Source: Laetmonice hystrix
Lineage: Eukaryota
Assembly: GCA_965235115.1 (NCBI GenBank)
Contig: OZ249436.1
Location: 36,024,001-36,088,000 of the forward strand
Reading direction: 5' to 3'
Length of the DNA stretch: 64,000 bases
Shown here piece after piece: positions 26,416 to 38,330 of the stretch. A program made the translations under genes and the position numbers. Position 1 is the stretch's first letter; each line of letters opens with the position of its first letter. Below the pieces are notes generated by a model. The model saw nothing but the letters and a program-made list of their open reading frames with translations. It was not told the DNA's origin and ran no database searches.

Positions 26416-26880
26416 CTCTATTGTTGGATGCGTTTTTAGCCTCCGCAGCATTGGTGGGCGTTCTGTGGTCGCCTTGACCAGGTAGGAGTAGCACTGGTTT
26501 GGTGTCACGATATGTGGTAGTGCAGAACCTGTCAGTGAACTCGTACTACTTGACGCTGGTGTTCTATGTGAGCCATGAGGATCGCGAATCCCTGTGTTAT
26601 GTCCTGGAACTTCTCTCTTTGTCACTTCACCTGTCGTCCCCTTGTTCCCCACCCCGTGATGAGCCTTCCCCTGGTCGGTGGACTTTTTGCTGGTAGTTTC
26701 CGGGTTGGTGTTTGCCGTGTTGTTAAACGGCTTGCTGTGATCTGAGGTGGTGGTGTCGACCTGAGGGACCGGGGACAATACAGTGGTAGCTATCCGTGTC
26801 CCACCTGTCACAGATCTGGCTGACGTGGTCCCGTCTCCGCCACCCCCACCACCGCCACGATCTTGTAGCTCCACGTTCAT
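26416..26880 (-). CDS. Probable first coding exon (155 codons) of an unidentified gene; low-complexity T/S/G-rich N-terminus
   Basis: Longest non-repeat ORF in the window. GCCATG start with an in-frame TGA 18 nt upstream. The protein-like disordered sequence ends PPMLRRLKTHPTIE at a GAG|GTTTGT phase-0 donor, where composition turns AT-rich. Downstream exons not found. Confidence 0.55.
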
Positions 26881-27453
26881 GGCACGACGACCGTGTCACA
26901 GGTTGTACGTCCGTCCGTCACTGGTCACGCCTCAGTGCCGACCTAGTGAGGTTTACATAGCCCTGACGGTGGACGAGTGTTCCAGTGACTGTGGGCTGGG
27001 TGAGAGAGGAGACAGCCGTGGATGGCTGTCACAGTGCGGACGACAGCAGGCTGGCTCTTGGTGCTGCGTGATCAGCTGGCGTGGTCTAAGTACTGTGTGG
27101 CGTAAGTCCCAGTCAGCTGTCCTCCTCTTCCCGGCTTCATCTCACTGAGCTCTGCAGCAGCGGCAGCATGGACACAGCCCCTCCCGTACGCGGGTTGATG
27201 GTCACGGAGTGAGCAGCTGGACAAGGCCGTCTGTCCGTGGCTTCCGAGATGCGGGCTTCTGTGTATCTGTACTACCGTGAACGTGGAGCCACAGCACTGG
27301 AAGACTCCAGCTAGAGTCCGGAGTACTCAGCACAACGGATAGGTCGCCGTGAGTGGACAACGGCAACCCTTAGCACTGACACACTGCTGCCACCTAGGAC
27401 GACCCTCTGAACTAACACCACTCTGTGTACGACCTGGTACTTTAAATATAAAA
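26881..27453 (-). promoter_or_regulatory. Putative 5' UTR and core promoter of the 26880 gene
   Basis: GC/CpG-rich leader. Minus-strand TATATTTAAA (27450-27441) lies about 35 nt upstream of an Inr-like TTAGTT (27415-27410); spacing is slightly longer than canonical. Confidence 0.35.
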
Positions 27454-29277
27454 CCATTCACACAATCACGCACAGCAATTAGACTCTACAGCAAGAGAAA
27501 TTAATATCAGCTTGATTAGTCCTGCATTCAACATTGCATGTTAAATGGGTTTATGGACACACAGCTTGTAAGCATATAAAAATATTTCCCTGCAATTAAA
27601 ACAAGTATGCATGCTTTAACATCGGGTCAGTGCATACCTATCAGTTATAACGGACAGATTGATTCAATCGTTGTGTAATCGTTGACAACAGAACAGACCC
27701 AACGGGCCCCAGGTGAGTTATGTACACACCTATGTACACTCCGTTTCTACTTAATCAACGGTTAGCGCATCCATTTACTAATTAAAGTTGGCTCTGAGCC
27801 AGGCTCACTCGGATCACAGCCAACAGTCTGCGAGTGAAGCAGAACATCACTGAATGAATCGAGTCACGTGCCCCTTGTCATCAGCATGAACACATTCTGC
27901 TCACCTATCTAACAACATTCTGCCGGCCAATAGAACTCCCGTCCCAAATTTGCAAGTTAGCACTTTCACAGCAATTGGGAGACGGGAAACATGCAGATCA
28001 CTCGCGAAAATAATGAACGTGGGGCAAAAAACATTTGCACGGGAGCGACGGATATTTCAGCTACTTCAAGGTTATATATGACTGCGAGTCGAGCCTTTGT
28101 TGCTGTATTGCTTCAAAACTGCCTTATTCTGAACGTGACTGATGTCAGAAATGTTAGACAGGCTGAATGGTACAGCACTGTGTATGTGCACACCCACCCA
28201 CATAATAATAAAGACATATGGGGGTATACTGTTACATTGGTGCCTTCACTGAAGGCAGTGAAGTCCTTTCGTTGATCCTATTTTTTCTTTTGAAACAGCA
28301 AACCTGGTGACCTCAGTGTTCTTGGCTGCAATTCTGAGCAGACATCGGGGAAATTTGAAGCAGCTGTCTGTCGCGACACTGGCGGAGCCGAATTCCGACC
28401 TGTAGCCAACTCCATTACATACTGGAGCCTGGGACAATAAAGGTAGTACCATCTAACCGAACAACGGTCCAGTCTCATTCCTTGTTCTTTCAACCAATGT
28501 CAGTCTCCAATTGGGCCATGTGTATGGAATCGATATGGTAACTCGTCTCCTCCAATGTCAATAATTCATTTCCCTCCGATATTTCTGACCAAACAAGTTG
28601 GGCAATCGAAACACAGCAGATCTGAATAAGTACAGTGTCACCTTCTTTGTTCAAAAGAAACGGGCGCAAATTTCAGAGATGCTGAAATGAAAAGCTTCCT
28701 GGACATGAACAGTCAATATCTGCCTGAAGTCCTGATCGTTTGAAGCACACCAGTGTCTGTAATTCCTAGAGCTAGCGGTGTTAACACGACAAACGTCCAG
28801 ACTGCCATCTTCTAAAATGTTATTAAGCGTTTCTCTTCAGCAACCCTGGGGACCTTTTTCGTGGGGGGTCACACTACAGCGCTAATTTTACTCCAAATGA
28901 TCATGATGTATGCTACAGGGCGGCTATCAAAGGATTAAATGGATTAGCTGTAAAGAGGAATTATCGCTTTATCCTGTTGATGGATGATGCTTTAAGGTTT
29001 GCGTATATATTGATAGTTCAGGGTGTTTAACCAAAGGCAATCCTACGGCGTAATTGGTTCTCGTATCAACAGTTTTTGTTTCTCGGCAAACTTTAATTGT
29101 TATGTTCAAGGAAATCTCTATTGTCTGCTTCAGGCGGGAACAATACATCACCAAAGTCACACACAAACACGACATTTTGTCACCTTAAAAATAATCTTTT
29201 GTTATGTGTACAATACCTTTTGTTTTCCCTGTTGAAGCTCAGAAAAGTTAAGGCGTGTGATTAACAAAGGAACATAA

Positions 29278-30088
29278 CAGGGTGTTCAAAAAAGTCCGAA
29301 CGTAGAAAGTGCCTATATAATTTAGGTGACACGTCACATCCTAAAATCTGTGTGGAAAATATAAATTAGGAGCGTGGGCAATTTTGGTGGTGAAAGTTCT
29401 GAGCTGTAATTCTTATCAGACATTACGTAATAACTCAGTAAACATAGGTATGCATTTCTGAACAGTGGCCGATTCATCATAATGACCGGTGTCGGTAAGT
29501 GTCGTGGTCGCGGCATGTGCATCGTCCGTTCTGAAGAAGCGCAACTCATATCATGCACTGCGGCCGGGCTTCATCAGGATTACACAAAATGCCTCCGTCT
29601 ACTGAGAAAAAGATTTTGTTGATCAATCACCAATCGCGAAAGTATGGCTGTCACCCAGAGACATTTCAGACAACAGTATGACCGGCTTGAACATCATGAA
29701 TAATTTCCAAGTTGAGACAGAGTCAGAACAGCTTCATGCAGATTCCATGAAGCGTAGACTTCGGAAGACGTTTAAAACACATGGAACTGTATTGGACCGT
29801 CATAAGGGAAACTGAACATGCCATGTTATCAAGGATGCGACGCTGTATTGCAATTAATGGCCGCCAGGTGGAAAGTTACCGGTTCTGAGAGACAAGCATT
29901 GGACAGGTCGGTATGAAAACCACCTGTCTATTGCATGTTATGCAATAATCAGTCACTTGAACAGGTTGAATTTAATATGGAAGAAATTGCCCAAGCTTCT
30001 TCTTTACCTTTTTACCATAACATCTGGTGTGTGATGCGTGAACGAAAATTATGCAATTTCTACGTTCGGACTTTTTTTAAAGACCCTT
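29278..30088 (+). mobile_element. Internally deleted Tc1/mariner-superfamily transposon (DUF4817-type N-terminal HTH)
   Basis: TIRs CAGGGTGTTCAAAAAAGTCCGAACGTAGAAA / TTTCTACGTTCGGACTTTTTTTAAAGACCCT. Broken ORF from ATG 29589: MPPSTEKKILLI..SMAVTQRHFRQQY..RRLRKTFKTHGTVLD, joined to C-terminal RMRRCIAINGRQVE..* (stop 29886-29888). The DD(D/E) core is missing. Confidence 0.85.
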
Positions 30089-30505
30089 ACAATACATCTC
30101 AATATGTCATATCTTTAGGTTGATTGGCGAGAATTACTACCATCTCTTTGACTGGGCTGAATTATTTCTGACAATGCCGACCGTTGCACTTGCACAGCAC
30201 CCCCCCCCAGATTTGCTGTGTCAGTTTTAAAGTGTCTCCTACTACTCGGTGGAGAAATTTCATATAGTATACCATGTAATTTATCCGATGATAAATTATC
30301 TATTACAAAGTTGTTGGCGTCACGCTTTCCCAGAACTCGAGGCACTCCAGCCAGGTCTACTCTCATATCATCGACCTCGGCTTTAATACCTCACGTCTAT
30401 ATAATTACCAAACGCATTTTGTGCACACCCAGGCGCCTGCCTCGCTCAAATTCACCCGGCTCAAGTCAATTTTTAGTGCTTCCCACTTTATATCTCACCA
30501 ATTCT

Positions 30506-30695
30506 CATAGGCGTACGAGCCGGGGGCAGTGGGAGACAGTTGCCCCCCCCCCCCCAAAAAAAAAAAAAAAAAAAAAAAATTTGGGCAAAACTGTGGAAAA
30601 TTCGGGCAATGCAAAAAGAAACAAATCGGACAGAGAAATTTCGGGTAAATCAACCCCTCTGCCCCATTAACCAAAGAGCCCATTCTCCCCGTAAA
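30506..30695. mobile_element. Degenerate hAT-like MITE
   Basis: Begins CATAGGCGTACG, with polyC/polyA tracts and repeated TTCGGGCAA/TTCGGGTAA motifs. Right TIR eroded. Confidence 0.35.
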
Positions 30696-30746
30696 CAAAC
30701 ATTGAACTTTAAACAAGATTCACTCTGAAATTCTACATTTCAACAG

Positions 30747-31060
30747 ATGGGTCAGGCTTTCTATTGAAGTTAGGATGAACATTTCGCCAGCCGGTTTCCA
30801 CCAGTCAGGACCGTAATCTGTGAGTGAATGGGTCAACACGTTGGTGAGAACTGCCATTGATTTTCTCATCGATTTCCCGCATCCTCCAAAGGTACAGACA
30901 TTTGAGAGTGACATCCAAGACGAAACGACTCCATCGATATCCGTATAATCCTCACAGGCCGCGCGGATTAGGCTTCATGGGAATCCGCACCTTCCAAGTC
31001 CCGAGCCCGACTCACAGGTTTCAGCGATACGTTAGACCGAACAATACGACTGCATCCACT
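30747..31060 (+). mobile_element. Decayed Tc1-like transposase N-terminal (paired-like HTH) remnant
   Basis: M.RLSIEVRMNI..GFHQSG..S.SE / GQHVG / SSISRILQRYR in shifting frames, typical of Tc1 HTH. No TIRs recognised. Confidence 0.6.
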
Positions 31061-31481
31061 AATACAACTGGTGTGAGCATTCCTTACAACGGACAGCGAA
31101 CAACCAGAGCTGGAAGATCTCTGGAACAACTAATTATTTATCAGGTGACTGTCTCATCTGATCTACCGTCTCCGGGTCAGATAAATAGTTATTGCCTGTT
31201 GGCAATAAAACCTGAACTTACCAGCTTGCTCTTAATGCGTCTATATCAATTATAATATCAACCAAATGGGTACTTTGGTGTGATTTATTGAAGGTTTCCA
31301 TGACAATATGCAATATGGCAAACCAATTCCAAATGTACTAAACTTGGGGCAGCCTGCGCCTGGGTAATGGGTACTATGCATAGGATAATAAGCTAGATTT
31401 ATTCGGCAATGTCAGAAAGGCGGTATTATTGTCCGTCCCGTTAACATCATTCATATCAATATGGGCCCGGTGTCGGTAAAG

Positions 31482-31524
31482 TTGGGTGTGGGTGTGTGTG
31501 GGTGGGGGTGTGGGTGTGTGTGGG
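31482..31524. repeat. GT/GGGT low-complexity microsatellite
   Basis: ttgggtgtgggtgtgtgtgggtgggggtgtgggtgtgtgtggg. Confidence 0.8.
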
Positions 31525-32507
31525 TTAGGATGGGTACTGTGAATGGTGACCGGGGGTGGTACCAGTCAGTGGTTGTCATCGTTAACACGTCATCCCCAGG
31601 GGAAGTTCTACAATGACACTTTCTACCTCAGACTCCCCTCTCCGCATATCTCAATTAGTGGCTTCAGATGGCTCTACAACTCCTCATTGGACCGTTTGCT
31701 TTATGTATGAGCTGGTGGCAGTAGTCCACGTGTAGAAGGCCCCGTCGTGCCCACAGAGACAGGCTCCATAAAAGGATTTCTCCCCCCCTACACAGTGGCT
31801 ATGCATACACTGATGAAATGGGAATAGTGGCGGCCTCAAGGTGAAGGAGTCTGCGCCCTTACAGAGCGTTCGACAATAGTCCATGCATCTGCTTCTTCTG
31901 CTCTCCAACGTTCGGAATTCTAAATGAGGCTTTGACTGCAACTTACTACCGTAAAACCTTGTTTATCTGCGCTTGCCTATCAGATCTCTTAATTTGGGCA
32001 GGTTTCTTTAATAATTAGTGATTTCTGCTCAAATATTCAAATAAATACTAATACAGGGCAACGCAGGATTACACCTCTGCCAAAGATATGTTTTTTTTCA
32101 GACCAGATCCTGAAATGAAAATGATATAATCTAACAGCCACGCTATTCCTGGTTTCCCCAGCGCCACATCTCTATATTTAGATGTCTGTCATCTACCTAA
32201 CTGTTATCTGCTGGTTCACTCTTGAATTCCTTAATCATGCTCCCTTTTAGCACTGATTAATCATTAATTGACTTACCAACATACGACCTCTGGAGATGAA
32301 CTAAGAAAACTTTTCACATACCTGAAAAGGCATAAAACATACGGGAATCAGCATTATACAGATAACATTATAGTTATGAAAATATTAATATCATTTCAGC
32401 TTTCTGTAATTCTGTAATAGATCAGTGACGGAGGCAAGGAAACCCGGCGGGTATACATGAAGCGCTACCTGACGTATACTGCTGGAACTACTAATGTAGC
32501 CAAATTT

Positions 32508-32524
32508 TGCCACCAGAGGGCAGC
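32508..32524 (+). promoter_or_regulatory. CTCF-like core motif
   Basis: TGCCACCAGAGGGCAGC matches the bilaterian CTCF core CCACYAGRKGGCRS. Confidence 0.45.
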
Positions 32525-32722
32525 CCGCCGCACGGCGGTGCCTGTGGTTAAACCACACACTCTCATCACCAACACGAGCCTTGATAGTAACTGTTTCACT
32601 AGGTTTCAATGTGCCGTGCGTATAGGGTTCTGTTGTTCTTGCAGAGGGCTTTTTTTGCTGAGGTCAACCACGGCTTATTAGTAAAGCACTTAATAAACAG
32701 AAGTCTTCAGGACAATGTCCGA

Positions 32723-32889
32723 GGTTTCCACACAGAACCTCAGATAGTAGGGGTATAAATAGGGGTTTCCACACAGAACCTCAGATAGTGGGGGTATAAA
32801 TAGGGGTTTCCACACAGAACCTCAGATAGTAGGGGTATAAATAGGGGTTTCCACACAGAACCTCAGATAGTGGGGGTATAAATAAGGGG
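32723..32889. repeat. 41-bp tandem repeat x4 (82-bp higher-order dimer)
   Basis: GGTTTCCACACAGAACCTCAGATAGT(A/G)GGGGTATAAATAGG; the variant base alternates A,G,A,G. Confidence 0.95.
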
Positions 32890-35800
32890 AATTTGGGAGC
32901 CAAACTTTGGCCCGTATGCTCGGGTCAGACTTTCCCGAAAGTCACGTCTTTAAGAAAGTCAAACTTTCTGACTTCTCTGTGGCTGGCCTGGCTTCCGAAC
33001 TCCAAGGACATTGTTGGGTATAATCACCGGGCCTATACAGTACTGAACATCTTGTACAAGCCATATGTGAAAGGGGGAAGAGGTATAGGCCTATGCCAGC
33101 TATCGTCCAACAGGTATCCTCCACATCTGTGCCTATTTCAACTGCATTCTTATGTGGTTGTTATCAAAGATGCGGATCTTATGTTTAACCAGGCCACCTG
33201 GACACCAGATTCCGTATGTTGAGTTCGTAATCTAGAATCACTTGAACACTGATTGAATGCCATCCCTACCTATTGCTGGCATAAACCAATCAGGGTCCAA
33301 CAATCTGCTACCGAGCTCAGAGCTCGATTGAGGCTAGAAACATCATACAGTGCGGATTTTGAAGTTGTGTGTATAATTTACCCGAATGGAATTCCTACTG
33401 TACAATACAAATGTATATAGCTTTCAAACCAAATATTTGAGTTGCTGGGTTGCTGAAAGTGAAACCACAGGTTCTGAGGCTTAATGCATAAAGTATTAGC
33501 GATACTACAGGTACTATAATATCGTGTCAAGGATTGCTTTATGGATTCAGGATTATCTTTCGGTACACTCCATTGTATAAGTTAGTTTCTGTATGTACAT
33601 ACGTAGTTATCTCTATAACGGCATCTTTGATATGCAGTCAGTAGAGCATACGCAGTCAGTACAGCTGTGTACGGAAATAATAAATCTTTAGCCTGAAGGG
33701 GATACAGATTTCTGTGACCAAACTATACACTTGTGGAGAGTGAATTGACGAAGAGTTTTACGTTCGAAATCATTGTAATAAGTTCATGGTAGATATCTAC
33801 ACAAAGGTTTTATAAGGCAAAACGAATAAACATGAGATGGTTTTCACAGTCAGCGAGTCGTCCAGGTTAGCAGGTAGAATAATGAAGTAAGTACTGAACC
33901 GTCCGAGCATAGACAGTCCTTTATAAATTCATTATACGCAAGGCTGTAAAGCAGGGCATGTACATAGTTTTTCACCTGTCTACCTAGCTTTGCACTCGTC
34001 ATTAAGGTGGGCGTACATACGTCTTTTCCCCGTCTTGCTCAATATCAATAACGTTACTCCTACCTCTATTATCTAACATATTGATAATGCACACCCACTT
34101 TATTTATTTGTCCGCGTAGATCTGAGACGTTTGGATTCTTTCACAATTTGGAGCCAGTTATACCTTCAGACTGATGACCGACATAAGTTCCAAAGTATAT
34201 GTATGTCAGCAGGGGGAGGGGGGGGGAGGCACAGTTATTTAAACATTTATTCTCTGTCCTTCTCCTGCAATAGAGTGACCTTACTGACTGCTCCCAGCAT
34301 CGCGCTACTCCATAATTCATTATATCACATTAAAGGATACGGTAAATATACATTCTTCATTGTGTCCAGTTGTGACGATGCCTGATTTGGATTATAGACT
34401 TCAAATCAAGATGGACAGAGAATATCAATTTCCCGTTTAGGCTTTTCAACCTTTTAGTCAAGTCACGAGTAAAGGGCTATTTCTCCAGGAACAGCCTTCC
34501 TACATAAACGGCCGGCCGGAGACACCCTGTATTTACTACCGTCCATGTCCCTGTTGACCATTATAGACAGTGAACCGATCACAATCACACAAACTAATAT
34601 CAGACGGAATAACATTTTGAAGATATCAGCTATATTTTTAAAATTTCTTTTTGTACAGAATTTTAAAGCGATGATGGTGTTAACACAGAAATAAGACCGT
34701 ATATTTCTTTAAAACCAGAAAGGTCAACGACGGAACTCAAGTATCAAACATGATACAAGTTTAGAACCTATAGTCAACAAATTTTATTTATGGAATTCGG
34801 TTCATGGTAGAAGATCCTAACACAGAGTGCTTTTACCAAAGGGAACTCAGTGGGCCATTTTGGCAGGTTAAAGGGGGTCGTTTAGTTGGTTGGGGCCAAT
34901 ATGCATCCAATCTGGGCGGTGGTTCTCACTGCAACACTTATCTCTGAATGGATGCGGTCAGACGGATCGGAGAACACACACATACCCACCCTTACATAGA
35001 GTCAAAGAGAAACATTCCACATTCCAATAAGGGCCATTTGTATAATGTGCTTGTCACCTCAAAGTACACCTGATACGGTCTAGGTATAGTGCCATATTCA
35101 ATACGGGAGGCCGACATACGGTAAGGCCTCAGTCACCGGGTTCAGAAGGCCATACCGTTACGACCTCAGGTTGACCTGTCTCTACTTTACCCTGGTGAAT
35201 ATAGTACATACGGCAAGGCCTTCACCATTTCAGTACTGACAGCCCTCACAGCTCACACCCGCCTTGGTTTGATCCTCTGACCCCATGATATTGCCCTCAC
35301 ACAACCCATGTTAGAATCGACTTCATACCCATGGTCAGACCTCTTACCGACCCATATCAGCCGACAGTTCCGAATCCGACCCTTTGGTCTGGGACTCAGC
35401 AGAGCCTATTCGAGGTTGAGCAGAGGCAATCATACGAAACGAAATGTTTTTTTTGATTGGCACTCAGGAATCTCATTGGAAAATGTATTAGACTCCTGCA
35501 ATATTGACACAAACTCGAATCATACCAGCATATTCAAAAAGCATATTGGACCTTTCTCATAGCATCTTCTGGTTGACCTGTTTCTGAACTAAGTACAGGT
35601 AACAGTATACCGGTACACTTATTGTGTCATTATCCGGGGTGTGAGCCATGGCCCAGCAATGATCAGAAAACACCATGTACCATACCTCAGCTGTCATAAA
35701 TCACGGGTAGATTGGGGCCTAATGACAGAGCTACTTCAGTGACCACCTACAGGTGAGATCCAGGTATTCTGGACACCCCTCTGATCACCTATACGGTACG

Positions 35801-36158
35801 GTTACCTTATCATCACCAGAACATACCGTCCCTCAGGTCGGGTTACACTGGGCACGGCTGAACAAACTGATCTGTTCCTCACCAAGTCAGACCCGTCAGT
35901 GGACACTCAGACATCTAACACCTGATCCTACTACGGATTGCCACTGGGACTGATGATCATCGGACGTGCCCCTAGTCACTGTTCACTGGACACTGGGACA
36001 GGGAAGCTGGGGTTGGGTAGGTAAGGGTCAGTAGTCCCGTCTGGGGAAGGGTTGTCATTATACAGATAGCCTAAAATAGCACCGACATTCACTCTGCCAT
36101 GTCCTTTTCAACCCCGGGGTAAAGCCGGTCCTTATAATCTGACTATAAACCGAAAAGC

Positions 36159-36203
36159 GGTGGGGGGTGGGGGGGGGGGGTGGGGGGTGGGGGGTGGGGG
36201 GGT
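36159..36203 (+). repeat. G-tract cluster (G-quadruplex-capable)
   Basis: Five long G runs separated by single T. Confidence 0.7.
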
Positions 36204-36599
36204 CTTGGAGTCCCGCTCTAAAAGTTAAACGGACTTGTGCACAGATGATTAACGAAGAAATCAAGCCAAAGAAATTTGTTTCCCGCAGAGAATCAATCCC
36301 AGATGAGCACCTTAAAAACATGGTTTAGATTTACGGGAGAGGGCTCTCAATCGTCACACTACCCCACCCCCACCCCCCGATCTTCAATCCTTGTCATGTC
36401 CCGGCGTGTGTTATTTACCAAGGCTAACCGACCAGGTTTGCTTGTTTTTCTTACGATACACATCTATGTGCACGTAGTCGAAATGCCCAACTGGGAGGTA
36501 TAGACTTTTTCTTCGAGGAAAGGGAATGACAAATCTGTTGCATGTTGGTTTTCACAATGCTTTTGGATTCCTCTATCCCAATACATTTTCTTTTTATTA

Positions 36600-38330
36600 A
36601 ATGCGAAGATTAGGAATACCCATCTTACACATTTTTTTTGGGCTGGACGAGATATTCGTCTGGATCTGGATGCTAAGTCGGGCCTGAATGTATGAAAGTT
36701 TGTCCAAGAACTCAGGCAACATTTTTATTACTTCTCCACGTCTGTTACTGTAGTGCAATGCAGACGGATGTTTGGCGTCATTCTAGTTCATAGTGAACTT
36801 TTATACTTCAGTCTCCTTCCACATAAAATCCTCGACGGACGCCAGTCAATGCAAATATCATGTGGAAAAAGAGGCCCCATTGGAGATCCTTTTGTGCTTA
36901 GGAATGCAGTAACTTACACAGTTTGAGAAAGAAATGGACTCCATTAATGTTTATCCCAAAGATATTGCAAACAGATACCAACCGAAAGGGTATTTTTTTG
37001 GTAAACACGACAGTTTGGTCTCCATATGTTTTGAAATGTAATTCTTCTTCGTGCTCTTTGGGACCATGTTCCCACTCTCATTTCAAGCGGTTAAATTAAA
37101 TCAACTTTCACAAGGAGTCATCACTTTAGATAAATAGGCAATTTAGAGTCGATAGAGACACAATTATAAGTATGTCTCCTACAGATGTCGTTCTGACTTT
37201 TAGTTCAACTCCTAATGATGTATTGGACTGTCAGGACTGCCCACTCTGGATAACTGGAAACTCAGCTTTAAACATAACGTTAGTAAATCATATTAAACAA
37301 ATCTTTAAAGATTATTCTCGATGAAAATAATTTTACAGATATCACATCTTATGACATTGACGGGGACGGGGTGATTTTCCGTAATTTCTAAAATATTACA
37401 TAACCGATATTTAGCTAACGTTGCCTTTCGTTTTAGTCGATATATGAGCTGAACTCTAACATCATGATTGCTCTTCAGAGAACTTGTTGAAATCTGTCAA
37501 ATGTGTCTACCAGAGTACCCACCACAAAGATATAGGTACCTCAAACATTTCAACCAGTGTTTAAATGTAAATATCTATCTCATCGCTTGAATTGTTATAG
37601 CCAACATTATTGAGAAAGGATGTCTTCATCAAATGTCAATGAAAGACGCCAACATACGAGACGGCGACAGCGTAGGCTGTAACACTGAGCCTTGTAGGAG
37701 ACCCGAGTTTTTATCTGCCAGGTATTTCACACAAGGTTTGACGACAAGATGGGAGACAACACATTCGGTGCTGCACCGTTGTACGATTTATAATACTGAC
37801 GTTTCCTAACTGTTTGTGTCAATAAACTCATGTTGTCATCAGCCTATTTTTAAGATATTAGTGAAGTCCCCCGGACATTATGCCTTGATTAAAAGCCGTA
37901 AAATTCAAATACCACAATGTGCTGAATTGTGTGCGTGTGATGAATGAATGCCATCCTTGTTGACAAGCCCCTTCATTTGCCACAGAATTATTAACGACGT
38001 CGATAGAACTTCAAGGGATTGAAGTAATAACAACAACAAAAAGACTTTTTAAGGCGCCTCCTTTTAAACTGTTCTCATGTGGGAGGCAACCTATTAACAG
38101 TCTCCAACTGTCCTACTTTAAATATTACTTTTTCAAAAAGGAGCTTTATGCCTTTCTAATGGAAGTGAATTCATTTCATAAGGAACCATCGCATAATAGT
38201 CGTCCTTTTTTGTTATATCGGTCATGCTGTAAGGAAAGCTGGATTCCACATTTCTGGCCCGCAGTAGATGGAGGCCCAGTCTAGAAATCATGACATTAAC
38301 AATAGGTAATCTTTCAACGGGACTTCCAAC
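36600..38330 (-). mobile_element. Heavily decayed L2/CR1-group LINE reverse transcriptase
   Basis: Ordered minus-strand remnants PEMWNPAF..PI*QK, KLLFEKVI, YLNFTAFNQ (LD..AFD-like), KYLAD, SGLLQGSVLQPTL (37706-37668), SDEIDIYI (YADD-like), STKTK, IDSKL and LH*LASV..RLKYK (LHWLP-like). Confidence 0.65.

Noticed and set aside
30115..30366. FN3-like strand NNFVIDNLSSDKLHGI (minus); similarly LRR-like LNLSHNQ near 9515-9540
   Set aside because: Too short and lacking flanking domain motifs or splice support.
36067..36426. Possible TAGCCT...AGGCTA-ended MITE
   Set aside because: TIR is short and gapped, with no TSD.
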